Of a stretch of DNA of 64,000 nucleotides, positions 1 through 10,206 are shown in pieces. Positions within the stretch are counted from its first letter, which is position 1; each line of letters begins with the position of its first letter. A program made the translations under genes and the position numbers. The notes below the pieces were generated by a model, which was given only the letters and a program-made list of their open reading frames with translations, ran no database searches and was not told the origin of the DNA. The DNA is from Bryobacterales bacterium (GTDB lineage Bacteria; Acidobacteriota; Terriglobia; Bryobacterales; UBA6623): assembly GCA_028819215.1 (NCBI GenBank), contig JAPPMG010000054.1, positions 14,541 through 78,540 of the forward strand, written 5' to 3'.

Positions 1-429
1 GGCATAGAGTCCCAGCAGAGCCCGCTCGGAGTTCGCCTTGTTGCGGCAATAGATGTCAGCAAAGTCGGGCGGTGCGAGCGGTGCGCCCTCGTCACGGTCG
101 AGGCCGTCTCCATAGGCTGCACAGCTGGAGACGAAGATGTACCGGCGCAGGTTGTCTCCGCAGGCCGCGGCCGCGGCGAGGACTTGGTCTCCAGTCGTGC
201 CGCGCTGCCAATCGTAGACGTTGTCGAACACCAAGTCGTAGCTGCCCCTGACGGCCTTTGCCACGGCAACTTTATCGTTCCGGTCGCAGTGGATCTCCCG
301 TGCGTGGCCAGCGAATGGATTGTGCTGGCCGCGATGCAGGATGGTGACATCGTCACCGCGTTCGAGCAGGCGTGCCACGAGCGCTTTGCCGATGAACAGC
401 GTGCCGCCGATCACCAACACGCGGTACAT
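1..429 (-). CDS. NAD-dependent epimerase/dehydratase (extended SDR), N-terminal 143 codons; gene runs off the left edge
   Basis: Absent from the ORF track because it is open at the window edge. Manual minus-strand translation from ATG (429..427) gives MYRVLVIGGTLFIGKALVARLLERGDDVTILHRGQHNPF...YIFVSSCAAYGDG...ADIYCRNKANSERALL. It has the Rossmann motif GGTLFIG (GxxGxxG), SS..AYG and a YxxxK catalytic motif. It lies 33 bp downstream of aspS on the same strand. Confidence 0.75.
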   Translation of the reverse strand, partial: MYRVLVIGGTLFIGKALVARLLERGDDVTILHRGQHNPFAGHAREIHCDRNDKVAVAKAVRGSYDLVFDNVYDWQRGTTGDQVLAAAAACGDNLRRYIFVSSCAAYGDGLDRDEGAPLAPPDFADIYCRNKANSERALLGLYA

Positions 430-461
430 GCTCGGATCCAGGGATCTGGTCTATGTCGCCG

Positions 462-2270
462 CTAGGCCTTGGCGCGGACCCGCAGTGCGATGCCCACTTC
501 GGCCAGGTTTCGATCCGGCACGGTATTCGGCGCCTCGCACATCAGATCGGTGCCCTTGGCGGTCTTGGGGAAGGGAATCACGTCGCGGATCGTGGCCTCT
601 CCGGCGAGCAGCATGACCAAGCGGTCCAGTCCCAGCGCTATGCCTCCGTGCGGGGGCGTGCCGTACTGCAGCGCCTCCAAGAAGAAGCCGAAGCGATGGC
701 TCGCTTCCTCGGCAGCCAGCCCCAAAGCCTCGAAGACCTTCGATTGCACGTCCTGCCGGTGGATACGAATCGAGCCCGAGCCGAGCTCGATTCCGTTGAG
801 GACCAGGTCGTAGGCCTTGGAGCGGCACGCTTCCGGATCGGAGATCAACTTGTCGATGTCCTCGTCGTGGGGTGAAGTGAACGGATGGTGGGCGGGCGTC
901 CAGTCGCCCTCGTTGGCGTCCCACTCGAACATCGGAAAGTCGGTGACCCAAAGGAAGCGCAGGTCAGCGTCACTGAGCAGGCCGTGGCGATCGGAGAAGA
1001 CCGCCCCGATGCGCTGCTTTAGGTTGCCCGCCGCAGTCAACACCGCTTGGTACGGGCGCGGTCCGGAGGGCGGCTCCAAGCCGGTGACCAGCACGAGGAA
1101 ATCCTGCTCGTCGGCTTCCAGGCGATCCCTGACCGCCTGCATCTGCTCCGGCATCTTCTTGGACAGGCCCCGGAAGTCGTCGAAGATTCTCAGGTTCTGC
1201 TCCGCAGCGAACTCTCGGAATTGTTCGCGTTCGCGCCGCGTCAGCTGCCCCACCGCGGGAGTGCGGATCGCGACCAGCGGGCCCTGCATCGGAAGGTCTT
1301 CCGGCGAGAGCAGGCCTGTCACCACGGCCATCGGCGGCAGGCGCAGATCGGGCTTGTCGCTGCCGTAGCCTTCCATCGCTTCGGCGTAGGTCATACGCGG
1401 AAGGGGCAAGTGCGGCTCGCGAGCCCCGGCCGCCGCGCACACGCTTGCCATCAGCCCTTCGATGACGGCTAGCACGCCGTCCTCGTTGACGAACGACATC
1501 TCGACATCGATCTGGGTGAACTCGGGTTGGCGGTCCGCGCGCAGGTCCTCGTCGCGGAAGCAGCGCACGATCTGGAAGTAGCGGTCGTAGCCGCCGACCA
1601 TCAGCAGCTGCTTGAACAGTTGCGGGGACTGGGGCAGGGCGTACATCGAGCCGAGCTGGATGCGGCTAGGCACTAGGAAGTCCCTCGCGCCCTCTGGCGT
1701 CGAGCGGGTCATGAAGGGCGTCTCGATCTCTAAGAAACCCTTTTCACTGAGTGACTTGCGAACCGCAGCGTTGATTTCGTGGCGCAGTTGGATGTTGCGC
1801 TGCATGCGGGGGCTGCGCAAGTCGATGTAGCGGTATTTCAGGCGCGTGTCCTCGCCAACGCTCGTGCGATCCTCCTCGTCGAGCTGAAACGGCGGCGTCT
1901 TGGAGGTGCTCAGGACCGTCAGCTTCTTGGCGACCAACTCGACGGTGCCGGTGTCGAGATTCGGGTTGTAGGTCTCTTCGGAGCGGCGAACGATAGGTCC
2001 CTCCACCGCGATCACGTACTCGCTGCGGAGGGCCTCGGCGAGCGCGTGCGCTTCTGGTTGGGTCTCGGCGTTGAACACGACTTGCGAGATTCCGCTGCGG
2101 TCGCGCAAGTGCAGGAAGAGCAGACCTCCGAGGTCGCGCTTGCGGTGAACCCAGCCCATCAAGACCGCGCTTGTCCCGATATCGGAGTCGCGGATCTCGC
2201 CGCAATAGTGGGTCCGCTCCAGCGAGCCTAGGGGCTGGGTCTGGAGGGCGGCTGGCTCTTGATCCGGCAT
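462..2270 (-). CDS. aspS: aspartate--tRNA ligase (class II, bacterial type)
   Basis: 602-aa ORF with an OB-fold N-domain ([19 protein letters not shown]), class II core motifs ([31 protein letters not shown]) and a bacterial-length insertion domain. Confidence 0.95.
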   Translation of the reverse strand: MPDQEPAALQTQPLGSLERTHYCGEIRDSDIGTSAVLMGWVHRKRDLGGLLFLHLRDRSGISQVVFNAETQPEAHALAEALRSEYVIAVEGPIVRRSEETYNPNLDTGTVELVAKKLTVLSTSKTPPFQLDEEDRTSVGEDTRLKYRYIDLRSPRMQRNIQLRHEINAAVRKSLSEKGFLEIETPFMTRSTPEGARDFLVPSRIQLGSMYALPQSPQLFKQLLMVGGYDRYFQIVRCFRDEDLRADRQPEFTQIDVEMSFVNEDGVLAVIEGLMASVCAAAGAREPHLPLPRMTYAEAMEGYGSDKPDLRLPPMAVVTGLLSPEDLPMQGPLVAIRTPAVGQLTRREREQFREFAAEQNLRIFDDFRGLSKKMPEQMQAVRDRLEADEQDFLVLVTGLEPPSGPRPYQAVLTAAGNLKQRIGAVFSDRHGLLSDADLRFLWVTDFPMFEWDANEGDWTPAHHPFTSPHDEDIDKLISDPEACRSKAYDLVLNGIELGSGSIRIHRQDVQSKVFEALGLAAEEASHRFGFFLEALQYGTPPHGGIALGLDRLVMLLAGEATIRDVIPFPKTAKGTDLMCEAPNTVPDRNLAEVGIALRVRAKA

Positions 2271-2779
2271 CAGGTCTCGTCTAGGTACTCGCGCGACAAC
2301 TCGACGTAGTGCTCGGCATTCGTGCGCGTGCGTTCCAGCTCCTCGTCACTCACGCTGCGCTTGACCTTGGCGGGCACCCCTGCCAATAGGCTGCGGGGTG
2401 GCACCACCGTGCCGCCCAGGACCACCGCTCCGGCGGCTACGATGGACCCGGCTCCGATGTGTGCCTTGCTCAAGATGGTCGAGCCCATGCCGATCAGGCA
2501 GTCGTCTTCGACCACGCAGCCGTGAACCGTGCAGGAGTGTCCGACGACCACGCGGTCGCCGATCGTCAGCGGCGCGTCTGCGTCCTCGTGCAGGCAGCTG
2601 TTGTCCTGGATGCTCGTGTCTTCGCCGATGGAGACCTTCGACGTGTCCGCCCGCACGGTAACGTTGCACCAGACGCTGGACTGGGCGCCGACGCTGACAT
2701 CCCCGATCAGAACGGCGCTCGGGTCGATGTAGGCGCTAGGCGCGACGGCTGGCCGAGCGCCACGAAAACTTCGAGCCAT
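2270..2779 (-). CDS. gamma-class carbonic-anhydrase-like / hexapeptide-repeat (left-handed beta-helix) protein
   Basis: 169-aa ORF with repeated hexapeptide units ([53 protein letters not shown]), typical of the YrdA/PaaY/gamma-CA family. Its stop overlaps the aspS start (ATGA at 2270). Confidence 0.85.
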   Translation of the reverse strand: MARSFRGARPAVAPSAYIDPSAVLIGDVSVGAQSSVWCNVTVRADTSKVSIGEDTSIQDNSCLHEDADAPLTIGDRVVVGHSCTVHGCVVEDDCLIGMGSTILSKAHIGAGSIVAAGAVVLGGTVVPPRSLLAGVPAKVKRSVSDEELERTRTNAEHYVELSREYLDET

Positions 2780-2938
2780 GGCAATCCGAGGGTCCGCTGC
2801 GGCTTGGGGAGAAGAGTGTGACGGGCTAGGGGCGGGTTGTCACATCACCGAGCGGCGAACTGACTTCAAACATAGCACCACGGGGCCAGCGTTGGAAAGG
2901 TCGCAAAGCGGCTCGCCGTAAGATGGGAGAGCGAGTCC

Positions 2939-4141
2939 ATGCCGGAACAAGTCGTTAAGCAGCGGTCACGGGGCTTCATTTGCGTGAACGCCCATCCCGC
3001 GGGGTGCGCCCGAAACGTGGAGCAGCAGATCTCGCATGTCCGGAGCAGCATGCCTTCGGTGCCGGCGAATGGCTTGCGCAATGTCTTGGTCCTAGGCGCG
3101 TCGACCGGCTACGGCCTGGCGACGCGCATCGCTGCGGGCTGGGGCTTGGGGTGCCGCACACTTGGCGTGTTCTTCGAGAAGCCTCCTGCCGGGCGGCGAA
3201 CGGCAAGCGCTGGCTACTACAACTGCGTTGCCCTGCACCAAGCTGCTGAGCGCGACGGGCTGTGGGCGCGCAGCGTCAACGGCGATGCTTTCTCCGACGA
3301 GATCAAGCAGGAGGTCGCGCAAGTCATTGAACAGTCGATGGGCGAGGTCGACTTGGTCGTGTACAGCCTCGCATCGCCCAAGCGCACGAATCCCAGAACA
3401 GGTATCACGCACACGTCCAGCCTGAAGGCCATCGGGTCGGCGTTCACTGGGAAGACCATCGATCTGGGAAACGGAACGGTGGGCACTGCATCGGTCGAGG
3501 CAGCCGCACAAGCAGAAATCGACGAAACCGTGGCGGTCATGGGGGGCGAGGACTGGCGCTGGTGGGTCGAAGGGCTTGCCGGCAAAGGCTTGCTGGCGCG
3601 GGGGGCGCAGACGCTGGCCTATAGCTACTACGGACCTGAGGTGACGTGGCCGATCTACAAGGACGGCACTATCGGAGCGGCCAAGCAGGATCTCAAGGCG
3701 ACTGCCGACAGCCTGAACGCCAAGTTGGAGCAAGAAGTTGGCGGAGCCGCCTGGGTGGCGGTCAACAAGGCAGTCGTGACGCAAGCGTCGGCGGCGATTC
3801 CCGTAGTGCCCCTGTATGTGAGCTTGCTGTTTCGTGTGATGAAGGCCAAGGGGATCCACGAAGGCTGCATCGAGCAGATGACGCGCTTGGTCAGGGACCA
3901 CATTGCCGCGGAAGGCGGGCCGCAATACGACGCAGATGGCCTGATTCGCCTCGACGATCTCGAAATGCGCGCCGACGTCCAGGACGAGATCGCAGGGCTC
4001 TGGCCTCGGGTGGAGACCGGCAACTTGGCGGAGCTGGCAGATTTTACAGGCTTCCGCCGGGACTTCAACAACCTCTTCGGTTTCGACGTGGACGGTGTCG
4101 ACTATGACCTGCCGGTGGAGACCGAGGTGTTCTTGCCGTAG
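2939..4141 (+). CDS. fabV: trans-2-enoyl-CoA/ACP reductase (NADH), FabV/TER type
   Basis: 400-aa ORF. The N-terminal [13 protein letters not shown] and [17 protein letters not shown] match the FabV signature, and the length is typical. Confidence 0.9.
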   Translation: MPEQVVKQRSRGFICVNAHPAGCARNVEQQISHVRSSMPSVPANGLRNVLVLGASTGYGLATRIAAGWGLGCRTLGVFFEKPPAGRRTASAGYYNCVALHQAAERDGLWARSVNGDAFSDEIKQEVAQVIEQSMGEVDLVVYSLASPKRTNPRTGITHTSSLKAIGSAFTGKTIDLGNGTVGTASVEAAAQAEIDETVAVMGGEDWRWWVEGLAGKGLLARGAQTLAYSYYGPEVTWPIYKDGTIGAAKQDLKATADSLNAKLEQEVGGAAWVAVNKAVVTQASAAIPVVPLYVSLLFRVMKAKGIHEGCIEQMTRLVRDHIAAEGGPQYDADGLIRLDDLEMRADVQDEIAGLWPRVETGNLAELADFTGFRRDFNNLFGFDVDGVDYDLPVETEVFLP

Positions 4142-4158
4142 ACAGGGGGATCTTCACC

Positions 4159-4677
4159 ATGGCTTCCGAGAGTAACGTGCTCCATCGCAGGCTCGCCGCG
4201 CGGGAGGGGCCAGTGACGCTCGCGGTCGTGACTGTCAGCGATAGTCGCACGCCCAAGACGGATGCCAACGCTGCGTTCCTCACAGAAGCTGTCGAAGAGT
4301 CCGGCAATCTGCTGCACTCGATTCGCATCGTTCCGGACGAGCCTGATCAAGTAGCGGAGGCTCTGGATGAGCTGGCAGCGGAGGAACTGGTCCAGGTCGT
4401 GCTCTTCAACGGCGGCACCGGCGTCTCGCGCCGGGACCGAACCTATGATGTTCTCAGCCGCGCCATGGACAAGGAACTGACCGGCTTTGGCGAGCTGTTT
4501 CGGATGCTCAGCTATGACCAGGTCGGTGCCGCCGCGATGCTCTCGCGGGCCACAGCCGGCGTTTACCAGGACACGGTGGTGATTTCGGTGCCGGGCTCTC
4601 CGGCCGCTGTGCGGCTTGCCTGGGAGAAGCTGATTCAGCCGGAACTGGCTCATCTGGCTTGGGAAATCGCCCGCTAG
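4159..4677 (+). CDS. moaB: molybdenum cofactor biosynthesis protein B (MoaB/MogA fold)
   Basis: 172-aa ORF with a MoCF-biosynthesis domain: VTVSDSR...[16 protein letters not shown]...VPGSPAAV. It starts 17 bp after fabV. Confidence 0.8.
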   Translation: MASESNVLHRRLAAREGPVTLAVVTVSDSRTPKTDANAAFLTEAVEESGNLLHSIRIVPDEPDQVAEALDELAAEELVQVVLFNGGTGVSRRDRTYDVLSRAMDKELTGFGELFRMLSYDQVGAAAMLSRATAGVYQDTVVISVPGSPAAVRLAWEKLIQPELAHLAWEIAR

Positions 4678-4712
4678 CAAGCGGCTATACTCGGGCTAGT
4701 GCCGGAGGCAGC

Positions 4713-5147
4713 GTGAGATCCGTGCATCTTCGTGTGTTCGTCACGCTGATCTCATTGCTAGCGCTGGCTTGCTCTGACGAAGCGCCCCGTTCGGCAGCCG
4801 AGATCGAAGCGGCCGTCGAGAGCTACTTGGCCGAGCGCACGGACCTGCGGCTCGACCAGATGCAGGTCAAGGCGGATCGCATCCGCTATGACGGAGACCA
4901 CGCCACCGTGGCGGTTTCTATCGTGGCTTCGGACGATCCCAAGGCGGCGATGAAGATGCTGTATCAGCTGCGACGCGATCCGGATGGCTGGAAGGTCCTG
5001 CCGCCGGAACCCGCCGGCAGTTCCTCTGCGCCGTTGCCGCCGAACCATCCGCCCACATCAGGGCTGCCACCGGGACATCCCCCTACTGACCAACCCAGCC
5101 CGGCACTTCCTCCGGGGCACCCGCCATTGGACGGCGGGCAGCAGTAG
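4713..5147 (+). CDS. putative lipoprotein with Pro/His-rich C-terminal repeats
   Basis: The track ORF starts at TTG 4659. I prefer GTG 4713, which is preceded by GGAGG (4704..4708). That start gives the signal peptide (M)RSVHLRVFVTLISLLALAC with a lipobox-like cysteine. The C-terminus reads LPPNHPP..LPPGHPP..LPPGHPP. No family recognised. Confidence 0.55.
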   Translation: MRSVHLRVFVTLISLLALACSDEAPRSAAEIEAAVESYLAERTDLRLDQMQVKADRIRYDGDHATVAVSIVASDDPKAAMKMLYQLRRDPDGWKVLPPEPAGSSSAPLPPNHPPTSGLPPGHPPTDQPSPALPPGHPPLDGGQQ

Positions 5148-5172
5148 GCAGGATTCGAAACGGAACGGACTT

Positions 5173-6492
5173 ATGCAGCATGATCTCTCCAATGCCTTGT
5201 TCCAAGAGGCTCAGCAGGTTATTCCCGGCGGCGTGAATTCGCCTGCCCGGGCGTTTCGCGCCGTAGGCCGCGAACCCGTCTTTATCGCGCGCGGCGACGG
5301 ATGCCGCCTGTGGGACGTGGATGGGAACCAATACGTCGACTTCGTGGGGTCTTGGGGGCCGCTGTTTCTCGGTCACCGCCACCCCGCGGTGATCGCTGCC
5401 TTGGAAGGGGCCCTCCGCACAGGTACGAGCTTCGGCGCCCCGACCGTGGCCGAGGTCAAGATGGCCGAACTGATCTGCGAGATCGTGCCGTCGATCGAGA
5501 TGGTGCGCCTGGTGAATTCGGGCACTGAGGCCACCATGAGCGCCTTGCGGGTGGCACGCGGCTACACCGGTCGCGACTTGGCGATCAAGTTCGTCGGCAA
5601 CTACCACGGGCACGTCGATTCCTTGCTTGTCAAGGCCGGCTCGGGGCTGGCCACCTTGGGCATCTCCGATTCGGGGGGCGTGCCGAAAGGCTTTGCCGCG
5701 ACCACGCTGCCGCTTCCGTACAACGACGCAGCCGCCGTCCAGCAAGCGTTCTCAACCTACGGCGACAGGCTAGCAGCGGTGATCCTCGAGCCCGTCGCCG
5801 GCAACATGGGCTGCGTTCCTCCTCGGCCCGGTTTCTTGCAGGCTTTGCGCGATCTTTGTAGCGACAACGGGACCGTGCTGATCTTTGACGAAGTAATGAC
5901 CGGGTTCCGAGTCGCGCTGGGCGGAGCGCAGTCCCTCTACGGCGTCACCCCCGACATGACCACGCTGGGCAAGGTCATCGGCGGCGGGCTTCCGATCGGT
6001 GCGTTCGGCGGGCGGAGCGAGATCATGCAGCACGTCGCCCCGCTGGGAGGGGTCTACCAAGGCGGGACGCTTTCCGGGAATCCGCTGGCTGTCGCCGGAG
6101 GTCTGGCGATGCTGCGCGCGCTCCGTGACGACCCTGGAATCTATGATCGAGTCGAAGCCTCGGCCGCCCGCTTGCAGGCCGGTGTCATGTCCGCCGCGGA
6201 AGCCGCGGGAGTCAAGCTGACCAGCAATCGGGTCGGCTCGATGGTTACCTTCTTCTTCACCGACCGGGCCGTGCATGACTGGGACGGTGCAGCCAGTTGC
6301 GACACCGAACTATTTGGGCGCTACTTCCGCGAGATGCTGGCGCGCGGGATTTACCTGCCGTGCTCGCAGTTCGAAGCGCTGTTCGTCTCCGACGCCCACG
6401 GCGAAGCCGAGATCGATCTGGCGATAAAAGCTGCGGCCAACGTGCTCACAGGCATCGCCGAGACAGAGCTTGCGAACTCGTCGCGGGGATGA
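5173..6492 (+). CDS. hemL: glutamate-1-semialdehyde 2,1-aminomutase
   Basis: Track ORF 4984..6492 trimmed to ATG 5173, because MQHDLSNALFQEAQQVIPGGVNSPARAF is the canonical HemL N-terminus. Class III aminotransferase with the PLP-lysine region TTLGKVIGGG. Confidence 0.93.
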   Translation: MQHDLSNALFQEAQQVIPGGVNSPARAFRAVGREPVFIARGDGCRLWDVDGNQYVDFVGSWGPLFLGHRHPAVIAALEGALRTGTSFGAPTVAEVKMAELICEIVPSIEMVRLVNSGTEATMSALRVARGYTGRDLAIKFVGNYHGHVDSLLVKAGSGLATLGISDSGGVPKGFAATTLPLPYNDAAAVQQAFSTYGDRLAAVILEPVAGNMGCVPPRPGFLQALRDLCSDNGTVLIFDEVMTGFRVALGGAQSLYGVTPDMTTLGKVIGGGLPIGAFGGRSEIMQHVAPLGGVYQGGTLSGNPLAVAGGLAMLRALRDDPGIYDRVEASAARLQAGVMSAAEAAGVKLTSNRVGSMVTFFFTDRAVHDWDGAASCDTELFGRYFREMLARGIYLPCSQFEALFVSDAHGEAEIDLAIKAAANVLTGIAETELANSSRG

Positions 6493-6494
6493 CT

Positions 6495-8285
6495 TCAGCC
6501 CTGCGGCACCCGCGCATCAGCAATCACCAAACGCCCCTTGTAGCGACCGTTCCAGGAGTCGATTTCGACCGCTCCAGCCACTTCGGCCCGGCCCTCGCGC
6601 GCAGCGTTCGCGGCGAGACGGTCTTGCCAGTCGTCCGGGGCGCTCCACCACACTGCCTCGAACCGGCTTCCCGCGCATTCCAGAGTCGCGAACAAGTGGC
6701 CGTTAGCCGTTAGCTTGTGGCGCGCGAGCGAGCACTCTCGCACGCCGAACTGCGGGAACTCCAGCCCCGGGCCCCACGGCTCGAGCCGTTGCTGGGCTTG
6801 GGCGAGCTCCAACAACGCATCGGCGACTAGGTGGTGCGGTCTTAGGACGGCGTCGATGACGCGGCTTGGCTCGCAGGGGATCGCCGTATTGGCCGCGTGT
6901 TCCTTGAATCGCTCGGCGAGGAAGTCCCGCAGGTCTTCGAGTCGCTGGGAATCGATTTCTACGCCGCATGCCGAGGCGTGCCCGCCGCCTCTTCGCGCGA
7001 TGCCGCTCCTGACGGCTGCGACGACTGCTGCTCCGATGTTGAACTCCAATGCTGATCGGCCCGAGCCCGCCAGGGCACCGTTGTCGCGCTGGGTGAGCGC
7101 GATCGCCGGCCATCCGGCCAGCTTGACCAGCTCTGACGCCACCAGGCCGACCGTTCCCGGTGTTGCAGACGAAGCGATGAACACGTTTACCGGCCCGCGA
7201 TCAAACGCCTCCAAGTCTGCATGAGCAGCCAGCTCTTCCCGAGCCTTTTGACCGAGTGCCTTGCGGTCTTGGTTGTGCTGGTCAAGCCGCCGCGCAAAGT
7301 CCCGTGCGGCTTGCCCGTCCGATTCTCGCAAGCAGCGCGCTGCCAGGTCGGACTCTCCCATACGCGAGCCGGCGTTCAGCCGCGGACCGATCCTCCAGCC
7401 GAAGTCGTCTGCTGAGCAGGTCGATCCTATGCGGGCGATCTCACAGATCTCGGCCAAGCCATTGCTGCGAGATCCGGCGTCGCAGAGCAAGCGGACCCCG
7501 TGGCGGATCAGCGAGCGGTTGAACGGCATATCGAGCGGCATTAGGTCGCATGAAGTGCCGAGGGCTGCGTATAGCGTGATGCGCTGCCGGACGGCCTTGG
7601 TTTCGGCCTTGGACAGGCCCGCCTGGCGCAGCACCGAACGTGCCACGAACCATGTCAAGGCAGCGGTGCAGAGCGTGCCGTGCTCGCCAGGGGCTGTCGG
7701 CGAGGTGGCCCAAGGATTGAGAAGCACTCCAGCGGTCGGTGCTTGAGCGCCGTGTGCGGGGTGGTGGTCGATCACCACCACGTCGATGCCCGTAGCTTGA
7801 TGAAATCCGTCCAGCAGGCCCCCAGCCGCCGTGCCGCAATCCAAGACGGCGATGCAGGTGGCGCCGGCCTTGGCAAGCGATTCTAGGCAGCGCTCGTTCG
7901 GACCGAATCCCTCCGTGTTGCGCTCCGGAACAGCAACGGCAGGCTCTTGGCTGTTTGGGCCGCTGGCGAGTCGGAGCGTTTCGACCAGAATCGCTTGAGC
8001 CGTCGCTCCGTCGACATCGAAGTCGCACAGGATTCCGACGCGGCCCGCGCGGGCCGCATCAAGCAGCTTTGCAGCCGCCTCGTCCGTGTTGCCGGGCTCG
8101 CCTATCGCGGCGGTGCAATCCCCCAGAGATCGCTGTGCCAGAGCCTGCGGGTCGAAGGCGTCTGGCTTGCGGCTGGCTAGCGCCTCGCCGATCGCGTCGG
8201 GGACACCCAGGGCGCTCGCGAGCTCTGCTGCGCGCCGAGACCGGCCAGAGGAATCAATCGGCCAGCGCCAGGGCAACTTCCTCAA
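6495..8285 (-). CDS. recJ: single-stranded-DNA-specific exonuclease RecJ
   Basis: 596-aa ORF with DHH-family motifs (CDFDVDGATA, VVIDHHPAHG) and the DHHA1 motif GGGHASACG. Confidence 0.85.
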   Translation of the reverse strand: MRKLPWRWPIDSSGRSRRAAELASALGVPDAIGEALASRKPDAFDPQALAQRSLGDCTAAIGEPGNTDEAAAKLLDAARAGRVGILCDFDVDGATAQAILVETLRLASGPNSQEPAVAVPERNTEGFGPNERCLESLAKAGATCIAVLDCGTAAGGLLDGFHQATGIDVVVIDHHPAHGAQAPTAGVLLNPWATSPTAPGEHGTLCTAALTWFVARSVLRQAGLSKAETKAVRQRITLYAALGTSCDLMPLDMPFNRSLIRHGVRLLCDAGSRSNGLAEICEIARIGSTCSADDFGWRIGPRLNAGSRMGESDLAARCLRESDGQAARDFARRLDQHNQDRKALGQKAREELAAHADLEAFDRGPVNVFIASSATPGTVGLVASELVKLAGWPAIALTQRDNGALAGSGRSALEFNIGAAVVAAVRSGIARRGGGHASACGVEIDSQRLEDLRDFLAERFKEHAANTAIPCEPSRVIDAVLRPHHLVADALLELAQAQQRLEPWGPGLEFPQFGVRECSLARHKLTANGHLFATLECAGSRFEAVWWSAPDDWQDRLAANAAREGRAEVAGAVEIDSWNGRYKGRLVIADARVPQG

Positions 8286-8339
8286 CGCTGGAACTCCTCA
8301 AGCGCGGCCACGATGCGGGAATCTCTCTGGTTCAGGCCC

Positions 8340-9911
8340 TCACGCCTCCGGCACCGTTGTGTCGGAGGCCCGGTGCAAGCGCTCGGCGATGCCGATGTCG
8401 CGTTCGGGTCGTAGCAGGGGGAACAGGATCACATCGCGGATGGTCGGCGAGTTGGTTAGCAGCATGGTCAGGCGGTCAATGCCGATTCCCTCGCCGGCGG
8501 CGGGTGGCATGCCGTAGCACAGCGCCCGGATATAGTCCTCGTCGATTCCGTGAGCTTCGTGATCTCCGGCCGCCCGTGCCTGCGCCTGCTCCTCAAAGCG
8601 CCCCAGTTGTTCCAGCGGATCGTTCAGCTCGGAGTAGCCGTTAGCGATCTCCATCCCGCCGCAGAAGATTTCAAACCGCTCCACCCAAGCCGGATCTTCA
8701 GGCTTCTGCTTCGAGAGCGGAGACGCTTCGACCGGGTAGTCATAGATCACCGTGGGTTGGATGAGGAGGTGCTCGCAAGCGGCCTCGAACAGATCGAGCA
8801 GGGCCTTGCCGGCCGATATGCCCTCGGGCAACGCGATGCCGTCGCCCGCCGTGCGTTGGTGAATCGCCGCCAGCTCGCGGATCTTGCCCACATCGGCGAG
8901 GTCGCCGACGTCTGGCCGCGAATCCTTGTAGGGCCAGTACTCCGCGATCACCTCGGGAAAGGTCAGCCGTTCCAGCGAGCTGAAATCGATTCTGTGCTCG
9001 CCGAATTCCGCAACGGTTCCGCCATCCAGCGCGGCCTCAGCGCTCGCCTTCAATAGCTGTGCGCTGAACTCGATCAAGGCGCGGTAGTCGCTGTACGCCT
9101 CGTAGAACTCCAGCATCGTGAACTCGGGGTTGTGTTGTTTGGACAGCCCCTCGTTGCGGAAGTTGCGATTGATCTCGTACACCCGGTCTAGCCCGCCGAC
9201 AGTCAAGCGCTTCAAGTAAAGTTCCGGCGCCACTCTCAAGAACAGGTCGACGTCCAGTGAGTTGTGATGCGTTTGAAAGGGCCGCGCCAGGGCGCCGCCG
9301 TAGACCGGTTGCATCATCGGCGTCTCGACCTCTATGTAGCCGCGCTGCTCGAGGCTTGTGCGCAGCTGTCGGATGATTCGGTCCCTGGTCACGAACGTCT
9401 GCCGGACCGAGTCGTTGCTGATCAGGTCGAGAGACCGCTGCCTGTAGCGGATCTCGACGTCCTGCAGGCCATGGAACTTCTCAGGCGGCGGCAGCACGCT
9501 CTTGGAAAGGAACGCCAGCTCGGTCGCACGGACTGTGAGTTCCCCGGTGCGCGTGCGAAATACCCGGCCGGCCACGCCGATCACGTCTCCCGCGTCGAGC
9601 AGCTTGTAGAGTTCGAAGTCGCGCTCTGAAACCTCGTCCCGGCGCACGTAGATCTGGATTTGGACGCCGCCTTGCTTCAGGTTTGCGAAGCCCGCTTTGC
9701 CTTGGCGACGTTTGGTGACCAAGCGGCCGCAGATGCGGGTGCTAGGCTGCTCGGCCTCAAGCTTGTCGCCGTCGTACGGGTCGAAGACGTCCCGCAGTTC
9801 GGTGACGGTGTGTGTCGCATCGTATTTGTGCGGGTAGCGCTCAAAGCCCAGTTCGGAGATCCGCGCGATCTTCTCGAAACGCTGTTGGAGAATGCGGTCT
9901 TCGGGAGACAC
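8340..9911 (-). CDS. lysS: lysine--tRNA ligase (class II)
   Basis: 523-aa ORF with an N-terminal OB anticodon-binding domain and the class II core ([33 protein letters not shown]). Confidence 0.95.
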   Translation of the reverse strand: MSPEDRILQQRFEKIARISELGFERYPHKYDATHTVTELRDVFDPYDGDKLEAEQPSTRICGRLVTKRRQGKAGFANLKQGGVQIQIYVRRDEVSERDFELYKLLDAGDVIGVAGRVFRTRTGELTVRATELAFLSKSVLPPPEKFHGLQDVEIRYRQRSLDLISNDSVRQTFVTRDRIIRQLRTSLEQRGYIEVETPMMQPVYGGALARPFQTHHNSLDVDLFLRVAPELYLKRLTVGGLDRVYEINRNFRNEGLSKQHNPEFTMLEFYEAYSDYRALIEFSAQLLKASAEAALDGGTVAEFGEHRIDFSSLERLTFPEVIAEYWPYKDSRPDVGDLADVGKIRELAAIHQRTAGDGIALPEGISAGKALLDLFEAACEHLLIQPTVIYDYPVEASPLSKQKPEDPAWVERFEIFCGGMEIANGYSELNDPLEQLGRFEEQAQARAAGDHEAHGIDEDYIRALCYGMPPAAGEGIGIDRLTMLLTNSPTIRDVILFPLLRPERDIGIAERLHRASDTTVPEA

Positions 9912-10002
9912 GGGGAGAATTAGACCCCGGGCAGGGCCAGAACTCTTATTGTAGGAGCGCAGTCCTAAACAGCATGAAAGGGTGCAGGGGAACGTCCGCG
10001 AG

Positions 10003-10206
10003 CTAGTAGTAGTCCGAACAGTCCATGAAGTAGCCGCAGCGATCGCAGCGCAACTTGCAACTGCGGCTCTCTAGGCGTTGGGAACAGTTTGGGCAGTAGA
10101 GCATCACGTTCTGCTCCGCGCTGGTAGCGGGGGTATTTGGCGCAGGGCGCGATGGATCCGCCCGCCCGTGGGACGGCGGTCTCGTGTCGCCCTGTTCGCG
10201 GCTCAT
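10003..10206 (-). CDS. small zinc-ribbon protein
   Basis: 67-aa ORF. The C-terminal 33 aa, MLYCPNCSQRLESRSCKLRCDRCGYFMDCSDYY, have CxxC...CxxC spacing. The ATG overlaps the stop of the upstream 471-aa gene (ATGA at 10203..10206). The N-terminal 34 aa are Pro/Arg-rich, so the internal ATG at 10104 is an alternative start. Confidence 0.45.
   Translation of the reverse strand: MSREQGDTRPPSHGRADPSRPAPNTPATSAEQNVMLYCPNCSQRLESRSCKLRCDRCGYFMDCSDYY

Noticed and set aside
184-951. Track ORFs 184..465(+), 320..616(+), 451..951(-), 453..875(+) and 469..813(+) near the left edge.
   Set aside because: They are Arg/Pro/Ala-rich shadow frames overlapping two well-supported minus-strand genes, the SDR epimerase fragment (1..429) and aspS (462..2270).
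4984-5172. 63-codon N-terminal extension of the hemL ORF.
   Set aside because: The extension is Arg-rich and overlaps the lipoprotein gene in another frame. The canonical HemL N-terminus begins at ATG 5173. The same reasoning was used to trim the ORFs starting at 13015, 16837, 33721, 41818, 46349, 50403, 55621 and 58834.
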